The translations under genes were made by a program, and so were the position numbers. This document shows positions 53,377 through 64,000 of a stretch of 64,000 bases of DNA, in pieces. Numbering within the stretch: the first letter of the stretch is position 1; every line of letters starts with the position of its first letter. Below the pieces are notes generated by a model. It saw only the letters and a list, made by a program, of their open reading frames with translations, had not been told where the DNA came from and searched no databases. Source of the stretch: Eledone cirrhosa (taxonomy: Eukaryota). The DNA is taken from contig OZ024741.1 in the NCBI GenBank assembly GCA_964016885.1, positions 276,272,001-276,336,000 of the forward strand. The letters are read 5' to 3'.

Positions 53377-56210
53377 TAGACTTCTAGAATTCTGCGACGC
53401 CAATGACATGTCGATATGTAACACAAACTTTAAAAAACCCGACAACCACCTGATCACCTATAGATCAGGGGAGCACTCTAGTCAGTTAGATTTTATCCTC
53501 ATCAGAGGACGTGACAGATGGACGGTCGTAAACACAAAAGCCTTCCCTAGTGAGGAATGTACATCCCAACATAGCTTAGTTGTCAGCGACCTCACGGTCA
53601 GAACTAGACGAGCCCTGAAACAGAGGCCAACCTGGAGAAGAAAGATCTGGAAGCTGAAAGTCCTCTCAACCAGTAACAGATTTAAAGATATTTTACTCAA
53701 CGCCTATGACAGTAAAGAAGAACAGATAGAGACATTTAACGTAGAAGAGAACTGGGAGTTCCTAAAAAATAACTTACTAGAGGCGACGGATGAGGTTTGT
53801 GGCTGGAGTAAGACCTCAAGCAGGAGGAGAGTGACTTGGTGGTGGAACAATAAGGTAGATGAAGCAGTCAAGGCCAAGAGACAGGCATGGAAAGAATGGA
53901 AGAACGGGGGGAGCAGGGTACATTACATAGAGACCAAGAGGGAAGCTAGGCGACAAGTATACTTAGCTAGGAGGGAAGCAGAGGATAGAAAATTCAAGCA
54001 TGTTTTACAACGTGAGGACCAGAAACAAGAGGTATTCAAGATTGCGAGGCAGTGTGTCAGAGATAGTTGTGATGTCATTGGAGAGAAGTGTTTCCGGAAT
54101 GATAAAGGTGAGCTTGCCCTCACAAGTGCTGAGAAGAAAGATGCATGGAAGAGTCATTATGATAGATTACTAAATGAGGAGAATGCATGGGAAGAAGAGA
54201 CCCTACCCCACGTAGACCCTATAGAGGGACCAGCAGTACAAGTCAGCGGCAGCGTAGTAAGTAAGGCAATCAGAGATATGAAGATAGGGAAGGCAACCGG
54301 TCCATCGGGTATAGCTGCCGAGATGCTGAAGGCATCTGGGTCTGTAGGTCACACTATAACCACACGTATCGTTAACCAGGTAATACTAGAGGGGGCCATA
54401 CCAAAAGATTGGTGCAGTAGCATCATTGTCAACTGCTACAAAGGTAAAGGCGATGCACTAGATAGAGGAAACTATAGAGGTATAAAGTTGATGGACCAGG
54501 TCATGAAAGTAACAGAAAGAGTTATAGCACAGCTGATTAGGGACCGGGTGAATATAGACGAGATGCAATTTGGGTTTGTACCAGGGAAAGGCACCACTGA
54601 TGCGCTCTTCCTTGTGAGGCAATTACAGGAAAAGTACCTAGCTAAAAGTAAGCCACTCTACTTGGCATTTGTCGACCTTGAGAAAGCCTTTGACAGAGTT
54701 CCACGTGCAGTAATCTGGTGGGCTCTTAGAAAACTAGGAGTAGATGAATGGCTTGTGAAAGCGGTACAAGCCATGTATAGGGGAGCAGTCAGCAAAGTTA
54801 GGATTGGCAATGAGTATAGCGAGGAATTTAGCGTACAGGTTGGGGTCCACCAGGGCTCTGTTCTTAGCCCTCTCCTGTTCATCATAGTCCTGCAGGCAAT
54901 AACGGAGGAGTTTAAGACCGGATGCCCATGGGAACTCCTGTATGCTGATGACCTCGCACTCATAGCTGAATCTATGGTAGAACTAGAGAATAAATTCCAA
55001 ACCTGGAAGCAGGGACTAGAGAGAAAGGGCCTCAAAGTCAACATGACAAAGACTAAGGTCCTTATAAGTAGACGAGAAAACAGAACCCAGATCCCCTCAG
55101 GGAAATGGCCTTGCTCAGTATGTAGGAAAGGTGTAGGTAGGAACTCCATTCTTTGCCCCAAATGCAAACAATGGGTACACAAGAGATGTAGCGGGATCTC
55201 AGGAAGCTTAATTAAGAATGTAGGATTCACATGCAGCAGCTGTGCTGAAACAGCAAGCAAACAGCCACAGGAAACAAGTACCACCAATCTCTGGGAGGGC
55301 CCTGTAGAAACAGTAGACAGCTTCTGCTACCTAGGTGACCGAATTAGCAACGGAGGTGGGTGCTCAGAAAGTACAATAACTAGGGTAAGAACGGGATGGA
55401 AGAAGTTTAGGGAACTACTACCACTGCTAGCTGCAAAAGGCTTCTCCCTCAGAATGAAAGGCAGACTGTATGATGCGTGTATCCGAACAGCGATGTTGCA
55501 TGGTAGTGAGACCTGGGCGCTGAAGGTGGAAGACCTACGTAGATTAGAGAGAAACGAAGCCTGCATGCTCCGATGGATGTGTAACAGTAATATACGTGAA
55601 CGACAAAGCATAAATGAATTGAGAGAGAGACTGAGCATAAGAGGAATCAAATGCTGCGTGCAGGAGAGGCGGTTACGCTGGTATGGACATGTGATGCGTA
55701 TGAAGGATGACAGCTGCATAAAAAGGTGCAGAGCACTAGAAGTTGATGGAAACCGCGGAGTGGGGAGACCCAAGATGACTTGGGATGAGGTGATAAAAGC
55801 CGACCTTACCCAACTACACCTCTCAAAGTCAATGACACACGACCGTGACTTCTGGCGTCACGCAGTAATACAGGGTACCCGACCTCCCATGGGTACATGC
55901 TGAAGCATATAAACAATATCCCCCCCCCCCCCCCCCCACCGCAAGGTGGTCGTGGAGGTGCCACGGCAAAAAAGCACCCAGCCCACACTGTAAAGTGGAC
56001 GTGTAGGCGCCACGAAAAAGCACCCAGCACTCACTGTAAATGAGGTTGGTGTTAGGAAGGGCATCCAGCTGTAGAAATCAAGCCAGATCAGTTCCTGTAT
56101 GAGCAAGGCATGGCCAGCCGACCAGACACTGCCCACAACAGGACAACCCGTCTAACCCATGCTAGCGTGGAAGAACGGACGTAAAACGGTGATGATGATG
56201 ATGGATGATG
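53377..56210 (+). mobile_element. RTE-clade LINE, 5'-truncated, with 3' UTR and (GAT)n tail
   Basis: Open ORF, 3' UTR built of cacccagcccacactgtaaa units, (GAT)n tail, possible TSD atacac at 53371-53376 and 56211-56216. Confidence 0.93.
53408..55903 (+). CDS. RTE LINE ORF (C-terminal part of APE endonuclease, reverse transcriptase, PHD-like Zn finger); N-terminus truncated
   Basis: 831 uninterrupted codons; SQLDFIL (APE end), QFGF, FVDLEKAFD, GVHQGSVLSP, YADD, C-x2-C..C-x2-C..H-x2-C..C-x2-C, ERRLRWYGHVMR. Confidence 0.92.
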   Translation: MSICNTNFKKPDNHLITYRSGEHSSQLDFILIRGRDRWTVVNTKAFPSEECTSQHSLVVSDLTVRTRRALKQRPTWRRKIWKLKVLSTSNRFKDILLNAYDSKEEQIETFNVEENWEFLKNNLLEATDEVCGWSKTSSRRRVTWWWNNKVDEAVKAKRQAWKEWKNGGSRVHYIETKREARRQVYLARREAEDRKFKHVLQREDQKQEVFKIARQCVRDSCDVIGEKCFRNDKGELALTSAEKKDAWKSHYDRLLNEENAWEEETLPHVDPIEGPAVQVSGSVVSKAIRDMKIGKATGPSGIAAEMLKASGSVGHTITTRIVNQVILEGAIPKDWCSSIIVNCYKGKGDALDRGNYRGIKLMDQVMKVTERVIAQLIRDRVNIDEMQFGFVPGKGTTDALFLVRQLQEKYLAKSKPLYLAFVDLEKAFDRVPRAVIWWALRKLGVDEWLVKAVQAMYRGAVSKVRIGNEYSEEFSVQVGVHQGSVLSPLLFIIVLQAITEEFKTGCPWELLYADDLALIAESMVELENKFQTWKQGLERKGLKVNMTKTKVLISRRENRTQIPSGKWPCSVCRKGVGRNSILCPKCKQWVHKRCSGISGSLIKNVGFTCSSCAETASKQPQETSTTNLWEGPVETVDSFCYLGDRISNGGGCSESTITRVRTGWKKFRELLPLLAAKGFSLRMKGRLYDACIRTAMLHGSETWALKVEDLRRLERNEACMLRWMCNSNIRERQSINELRERLSIRGIKCCVQERRLRWYGHVMRMKDDSCIKRCRALEVDGNRGVGRPKMTWDEVIKADLTQLHLSKSMTHDRDFWRHAVIQGTRPPMGTC

Positions 56211-56219
56211 ATACACATT

Positions 56220-56640
56220 TTCACAAAGTGATGTCTCCAAGTGCAGTGTTTCATCTGAGAAACATGTGGAAGGAGCATAGCAACAAAAATACTTGCAGAG
56301 CAAAGAGATACGGTAGACCTACAAATAACGGAGGCACATTTTATTAGGAAGTGGGTGCCTACCCTAAACCATCGGAGTGACCTGGACATATGGAAACACC
56401 TATACACACACACTGATAGGTAATGGATTTACCAAGTCAGGAATAATCTAGTCTGATGAGGGATTATTAATCCAAAAGCATTCACTATCAAAGGACCTAT
56501 ACTAACCCAGTAACAAGTCTCATAGACTGTAGCAATGTGACCATATTCATGGTAAGAAAACTAATCCGAATCCTAATTCTAATTCTAACATTATCTCTCA
56601 CACATTCATCTTTCAACACCGCTACCTGCACCTCAATAAA
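56220..56640 (+). mobile_element. Penelope-like element remnant (GIY-YIG C-terminus plus 3' region)
   Basis: TKILAEQRDTVDLQITEAHFIRKWVPTLNHRS resembles the GIY-YIG C-terminal E..I...P.LN motif; followed by CTGATGAG-GGATT-att-AATCC. Confidence 0.65.
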
Positions 56641-57602
56641 ACATGTAACATATACCGCTTTTAAACAAGTTTTATCTCATTTATTGTATTTTATTATATT
56701 CTAGCATCTCCCTCTTAGCTCCCTATAGCTTATTCTTCTTACATATATATGTAGATCATGAGTTAAATCGGGGGTAACCACAGTAAATAAGGTACTCAAT
56801 ACATTACTAGAGTGAAAACATCAATATTTAATATAGAAATGGCATTTACAGAACTAGAACTGTTTCATTCGTTTGAAATCATCAGGAATGTACATTCCTG
56901 ATGACTTCATACAAATGAAACTGTTCTAGTCATCATGTAGAAAGCCATTTCTATATTAAATATATATATATATATATAAGGAAAAGAAATTGAAAATGCA
57001 ACTGAAGTCTTTTAAGTATATTTCACAGTTCTTATGATTTTCAAAAGTAAAATTGAGATGGAGGGTTTGTGTTTCTGTTGTGGTTTGTCTCGTATCAGAT
57101 GCGTGAAACACAAACCCTCCATCTCAATTTTACTGAAAATCATAAGAACTGTGAAACCAGTAAAGTAAATAAATAAATATTCTTAAAAGACACCAGTTGC
57201 ATTTTCAATTTCTTTTCCTTATACTTTCACCCGTGTCAAATATCTTGTTTAAAAAAAAAAAATCATTTTCTTATATAATTGTTTCTACTTTCGGCACAAG
57301 GCCAGCAATTACCCCAGTGCATTACTGGTGCTTTTTTTAATCAATCCCATAAGGATGAAAGGCAAAGTTAACCTCAGCGGGATTTGAACTCATAAAGGGC
57401 CATAACTCTATGCTGCAAAGCATGGTGTCTGACCCTTTACCAATGCAGATAATTATCTGTGGAGGTTACATTGTAACACTGTGAGGATAAGCCAGTTTAA
57501 GCAGTCCAAAAGCACTCCATGTCAGCAGTGTATCCCCTGTAAAATGTTGGTCATTAGATGCATATCTGCATACTTGCATAACTACATCTCATAAGTGTAC
57601 AA

Positions 57603-57677
57603 GCATCTGATGATGTCACATGGAGACTATCAATGATATAACCATTGCATAACCATGTCATTGAAATGTATATAATG
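57603..57677 (+). ncRNA. Type I hammerhead ribozyme-like motif with extended stem II
   Basis: GCAT-CTGATGA-[ACATGG..CCATGT]-GAAA-T-gtat-A-TA-ATGC. Confidence 0.55.
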
Positions 57678-58069
57678 CAATAAAGTAATTATGTAAAATT
57701 AACTCTGTCTTAACAATATTGCATATCATATATATATATATATATATATTGAGAGAGAGAGTGTGTGTGTGAATGTACAAGTAGGAGTGATAGAAAGAGG
57801 TAATCTAAAACTGTGAGCAAAGAATTAAAGAGAGTAAGAGATAGGTGTTTATCACATGGCCAGAGAGAAAAATAGCTGTCCTGCTACCTGACTATCACAG
57901 ATTAAGCAAGACAATGAAAGGAAGACAGCTGACTGATCTGTCTTTTGTACACAAAGATAACCTTTTGTTGAGTAGATCTTTTAGCGAGAACTTGTGAACT
58001 AAAACCTGCTACAGAGAAGGAGGGAAGTAGAGAGGCTGGGATAGCTTATGTTCCAGATGTAGCACATCT

Positions 58070-58355
58070 CTCCCCATCTCTCACTATTATAAGCAAATGG
58101 GGGCCCATGTGGTACCTGTCCCGTGACCCTGGTAGACATAATTGGTTTGACTCAAAAAGGCGTTTCCCCTGAGGATGGTAAGGGAGATGTGTTGGCAGAG
58201 CCATTTCAGCTCACAACTCTGTGCTAATATTGGTGAGTAGAGAGGTACTCCTAGGGCCAAGGACAACAGAAATCTCCCCTGCTATGGTCACCGATAGTGG
58301 TGAGTAGGGAGGTAGTCCTAGGGCAAAGGACACCAGAAGTCTCCACTGCTAGAGA
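58070..58355 (-). mobile_element. Degenerate copy of the CRE-like 3' end
   Basis: Matches 45320-45570 (cactattat.agcaaatgggg..., ggcgttt.cc..aggatggt). Confidence 0.75.
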
Positions 58356-59899
58356 CATTTCAATTTTCTCTTAGATCAATTCTCAAGGTCCTGCTTACTT
58401 TCTGTGAGCCCCAAACTCTGGTGGGACTGGGTTGATGCCCATGGTCAACATCAGTGGCCTATTCAGTTTGGCTGAGCTTCTGTAGAGGATTTAAATGTTG
58501 CAGCAGACCTGGTCTTCATGGATTGTCTTGCTGTATGAATGCAGGTTGCTTCACTTTCCATACCAAGCTGAACATAATTATTAAGTGGACCCAGGCTTGG
58601 ATCAATATCCTTTGAATTCTGGAACCAGCCAGATTGTCCAGGGTTCATGGGAAGAGGCTAGATGGTCCGACACTTTGCCTCTGGGAAAGAGGTTAATGAC
58701 CGTTTTGCTCCTTCCTACATCTTTGATGTTGCATCAAAGTTGATAGTCATTGTATCTGCAGCTGAACAGAATAAAATCCTTATATATCATTAATTGAGGT
58801 CAACTTTGCTTTTCATCCATTCGAGGTCGATAAAAATAGTACCAGTCAAGTACTAGGGGAAATTCATTCTTTACATCTCTTTCACACTTCCGTTCTCCCA
58901 CTCTCTCTAGAGGAAATCTGCTGTATTCAAACCTTGAGAGGAGACCTGGACTCCACCAGGTTTTAAAATGCCTTGTCAATATGGCAGCACACTGTAAAGT
59001 GGCCGTGTAGATGTCACAACAAAAAGAACCCACTAATCACTGTAAATGTGGTTGGCGTTAGGAAAGACATCCAGCCGTAGAAATCAAACCCAAATCGGAT
59101 CTGTATGAACAAGACTTGGTCATCTGACTTCGACTTGCCTCAAATAGGACAACCCGACTAACCCATGCTAGCGTGGACGTTAAACGGTGATGATGATGAT
59201 GATAGAGGAAGAGAGGAGAGAAAGAAAGAGAGAGTGTGTATATGTTTATTTGTATGCATTCTAATGAAATATATTGACGTTTGAGACCGTTAAAAACAAC
59301 AACACAATAACACCAAACCAGTCTATGTGGTTGGTCGACCTATCTGAAATAGCAGCCAAATATCCCCCAAAATAACACTGTAGTATCTTTAAAAAAGGAC
59401 AGAAACGTTAAACAAGGTAGTCGTAGTTTACTGATGTTAGAATCCAGTGGTTGAACAAATAATTAGGATTAAATAGCTCACGTCTCTTTAGTACAGATTT
59501 GCTATAAATGTTTCGTTGTTTTCTAAACAGATTTAAATGGATAGATTATTTATGTGCTTCCCTATACTTAACTGTGTCGGGAATTAATAGATAACATTTT
59601 TTCAGGAAGTATTCCGAGGCAAGATTCCTTGACATCTTTGGAAAGGAAACGGTGATATATATACATTTGAGTTTCCTTTTCAAGGAAATTGTGAAGATTA
59701 CCAGGAATAATTTTTCAATTCGATGTGACACACGCACATTGGAAAGTGAATTCTGAATGATGAAGGAAATATAAATAAAAAAAAATTATGATGTTTTCAG
59801 CGACAGGTAAAAAGAAAAATAAAGAAGAATTATTGTTTATCTTTGAAAATAAAATGAAAATGATAGAATAGAAGTGTATGATAAAGTAAATGTTCGTGT

Positions 59900-60800
59900 G
59901 TGTGAGAAGAGAGAAAGAGTATGAGAAGGAGAGTATGATAAAAAGAGTAGGAGAGAGAGTAGAAAAAAGAGAGGGGGAGAGAGTAGAAGAAAGAGAGGGA
60001 GAGAGAGAAAGCGACAGAGATGGGAAGAAAGAGTGGAGTGAAGCGCCTAGAGAGATTGACACGAATATAGTGTGCAAGAACACACAAACAGTGAGATGTT
60101 AAACATGTTTATAGAAGGACTTGTCATATATATATGTACATACATACACACATATATAGAGACATACAGATAAAGGGTGACCAAGAAATATGTAAACATT
60201 AGCCTAATAAAAAATTAAAACAAGAAAAAACAACATAAACGAACGAAAGGAAAGAGCATGAGAGAAGAGTAGAATGGGTGAAGGGGGAAAAAAAGGAAAA
60301 TAGTAGAAGAGAAGGAAAGGAGATAGATAAATATAAACTAAGAATGAGAAAGAGAAGAAATGAAATATAGGAGAGAGCAAGATAAAAGAGAGGAGAAAAG
60401 GATAGAGATAGAAACTATGAGACAGAGACGGAGAGAGACAGTGCTGTAAGAGAGAGAATGAAATAACATCTGTGTGAGAGAGAGAAGAAAGAGTAAAATT
60501 ACAAGCTAGAATGAGAGAAGGAGGAGAGAGAGTAAGAAATACAAGCGGCAAGAGAGAGAAGAAGGGGAGAGAGAGTAAGAAATACAATCTGGAAGAGTGA
60601 GAAAGAGAGATAGAAGCTGTAAGAGAGAAAAGGAGAGAGAGAGAGATAGAACCTGTAAAACAGAGAGATAGAGATGTAAGAGAAAGAAGAAGGAGAGAGA
60701 GTAAGAGATAAAAGCTGTTAGAAAGAGAAGAAGAGCAGAGAGAGAAAAAAATGAGAGATAGAGATAGAAAGTATAAAAGAGAAAAAGAAAAAGAAAAATA
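59900..60800. repeat. GA-rich polypurine low-complexity tract
   Basis: About 0.9 kb strongly purine-biased on the + strand. Confidence 0.8.
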
Positions 60801-60930
60801 GCGACATGAAAGCCGAAAGCGGAAGCACTTCCGGTTGTTTTCTCCTGCACCACAATTCCTACTGCAGCAAGCGAGTTTGTGGGGAATAGATAGAATATCC
60901 CCGAACTGTCACTGAGGTGGGCGACACTGA
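60800..60930. promoter_or_regulatory. Candidate housekeeping-type promoter with paired inverted ETS sites
   Basis: CGGAAGcaCTTCCGG at about 60820-60834 in a locally CpG-richer unique patch; no linked coding exon seen. Confidence 0.35.
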
Positions 60931-63739
60931 CCCTTTGGATATTTCCCTGGACAATATTTTTTTTTAAAGAAGGACAACATCAACAAAAGAAAGGACAGAC
61001 AAAGTAGCCATAAATATAAATATATATATGTACAGAAAAAAAGGAGTTTATATGTCCTCGACAAAAATTTGTAACGCTTATGAACTTCAAATCCATTTCT
61101 GAAAAGGAAAAAAAACACATCAAAGACAGAAAAATGATATGAAAATTATTAGAAAATCGAATAGATTGTTAAATATTGATTTGTAGGAATATTATCTAAA
61201 AAAGAGAGAAAAACAACAACAGCAGCAGAAGAACAAAACAACAAACAAACGAAGAAAACGAAAAATAGGGACGAAGGACTGGGATGATTATAATAAGACG
61301 AGCAGACGAAAACACGGTCAAAATATATCAGGGGACTACGGGAATGAGAGTTAAGAAAAAAACTCACACCTTAAACAAATAATTTGGAATTAACCTTTAA
61401 TTATTAATAAGTGAAACACATGCAGGTTGTTTGTATATTTTTTTTTTTTAAATCCAACCTTGTGTTGTGCTAGATTAACTTTGACGATGTTCACGTAACA
61501 CATTTTCTGGTGTGTGTGTGTTGTTTTCTCTCTCTCCGTAATATATATATACTGTATATATAAGCTACGTTTATATATATATATTTATAATCTATGTTTA
61601 TATATATATATAAGCTACGGTTTTTTTCTCCTTTCTGTTGCTTCATTCAAGCACCCATCCATTCATCTATATATTAATTTATACCCAAGTGGAAAGAACA
61701 GCAACACCCTACAAACAACAATGTTTCAAGAAAACCGGATGATGTTTTCATTCTTTTCATTATTATTACTATATACAGCATTTGCTGGTGTGTTTAACAC
61801 ATATACCTCCTTTACTACGTGACTTCTGTGGCCTTTGGCCACAATTATTCTCACCCGTCTTCTTCAACAAATATTAATTACTGGAAAAAACAAAAGGAAC
61901 CGAAACTAAAACGAAAGGTTTGTTAACTATTATTGTCACCATTAATCGAAAACTACCACTACTAAAACTGTTACTACTCTTAGTCCAAATTTCACGGAGG
62001 TCGATATTGCTTTTCATATCTTCTGGGGGTCGATTGAAATGACCGTCCTACCCCCTCCAAATTCGTGGCCTTTTGTCGAGTAATGTAATTTGGCTGTTGT
62101 CTTTTTAGTGTGAATTTGTTACCTCCTTTCTGGCCTTCTAGTCAATAAGCAAACGTTCGTATTAGTTAGTTTTACTTGTAAAATATATATTAATATTGAT
62201 GAAGGGATAAAGGCGATGTCAGAAGCAGTAGAGCACTGGACAATTCCTTGCAGGTTTTATTTTCTTTCTTCTCAGTTATATAGGTATTCTAAGTTCTGAT
62301 TTTACTCTAGTTTCTGAATACAATGTCAATCGGCATCAAACGTTTCTATTTTCATTTTTGCTGGGTAAGGTGTATCAATATATGAAATAAATCGTGTACA
62401 GGAGCCGATTTAATCGATTACTCCTTCCCCTACTCAGCCGTGGCCTTGTGCTAATATTACGACCATCAAGAAATCATTCATTTGCTTTTAACAACAGATG
62501 AGGCAATGTGTTCTGCGAGGTTGAAAGGGGCTGAAGTCAGCTGTTTTCCGCTCCATTAGAGATCAACTTTGCCTTTCATCCGTTTTAGAGTCGATAAAAT
62601 AAGTACCAGTCAAACACTAGGCTTCATTCGACCATTTCCTATTAACATTTCTGTTCTTGTGCCTTTATCAGAAATAATAATCAATCTTTTTTTTTTTTTT
62701 GTTTGAAGTATCACTGAAGATGTATCAGAGTGGTAGGTTTGATGAGGGAGGGTAACATTAATTTTTAGCCATAGATTTAGTCAAGTGAGGACATTTGTCA
62801 GAAGCAAGAGGTTAGTGGATAGGCTTTTGGAATTCTTTGAATCATATCTGCGTGGCTGGTTCCGAAGGAATCTCCTCGCTCGGACACACACACACACACA
62901 CACGCACACACACACACACACTATATATATATATATATATATATATATTACCGTACTCCAGTTCATTGTCGTTAGAAAAGAAATTCAACTAAAACGAAAT
63001 GCTTTGAGATTTTTTAGGTTGTAATGCAATCTCTTTTTGTGGTCAACGGAAAGACTTTCTTTATTGAAGAATAAAAAAGTGTAAATAAATATTTTTGATG
63101 ATGTATAACGCCCACGGCAGGGGATTGTCTTCAAAATGCAAGTTGATTGATAGAGCGAACTTACTTCCTAGAAAAAAAAAATGAATTCTTACTGGCACAA
63201 GAACTCATTTATAGAGTCGATAGGTTATAATCGATTGATGGAATTAACCCCACCCTCACCTAACGCACACTTTTCACTTATTTTATCGATCCCTCACTTC
63301 CGTCCTTGTGAAATGAAAGACAGAGTCGGCGGCAAGGTGTATTTGAACGTAGAAATATATAGAGGGATGAAACTAAGTACCACAATACGTTTAATATGGC
63401 ACGCCACTGCCCTTTAACAACAATAATAATAATTTCTGATTTAGGCACAAGGTCAGCAATTTGAGGGGAGGGGGAAAGTCGATTAAATCAACTCTAGTAC
63501 GTTACTGGTACTTTTATTTATCGACCCCGTAAGTATGAAAGGCAAAGTTAACCTCGGCCGAGAATAAGGACAATACACATAATTAATAAATCATAACAGA
63601 AAAGGTTTACAATTATTTGTTGACTATAATTCAAGATATTTGACATGGAAATGTCGCTTGTGTTTTGGGGGTCAACAGCTGCCAGTGATTATTGACATTC
63701 ATACTCCTACATTCCCCTAAAGAACCACAGCATATTACC

Positions 63740-63771
<32 letters not shown>

Positions 63772-64000
63772 GATATGTGTGTATATATATATGCGTATGT
63801 ATGTATATATGTGGGTGTGTGTGTCGAATAATGAATTACTAAGAAAGAAACAAATTTAAAATGTAAATGAATATATATATATATATTTATGTGGACTGGA
63901 TATTTTATAGTTTATTTTTCTTGGCATTAGGGGAGTGGCTGTTTCTATGTTTTTACAAATACATATACTAGCACATGCTAGGCAACGAGGAGTCTCTTCG

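Noticed and set aside
54658-55773. Antisense ORFs of 209 and 148 aa
   Set aside because: Shadows of the RTE ORF on the opposite strand with no recognisable motifs.
59715-60853. Hydrophobic Leu/Phe/Ser-rich membrane protein ORFs
   Set aside because: Translation of the CT-rich strand of a low-complexity purine tract.

Overview
AT-rich, repeat-dense eukaryotic DNA. The SINE families, RTE tails and microsatellite load point to an octopus or other coleoid cephalopod; this is an inference and no database was searched. Two convergent spliced genes can be assembled by hand with GT-AG junctions and matching phases. The first is the last 8 exons of V-ATPase subunit B (+, 485-8136, 5' part outside the window). 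The second is a complete 9-exon UBLCP1 (-, 39548-18853, about 355 aa). The rest is transposon-derived: a 5'-truncated but uninterrupted RTE LINE with a PHD-like finger, CRE-type and R4/Dong-type RLE LINE fragments, CR1 3' ends, two mariners (one Hsmar2-like), Tc1/Tigger MITEs, nested Helitrons, many tRNA-derived SINEs and minisatellites. The most interesting unannotated signal is a dispersed set of minimal type I hammerhead-ribozyme-like motifs (CTGATGA-stem II-GAAA). One pair shows covariation, one lies just downstream of a Penelope GIY-YIG remnant, and several sit inside long inverted-repeat hairpins. Ribozyme activity is inferred, not shown.
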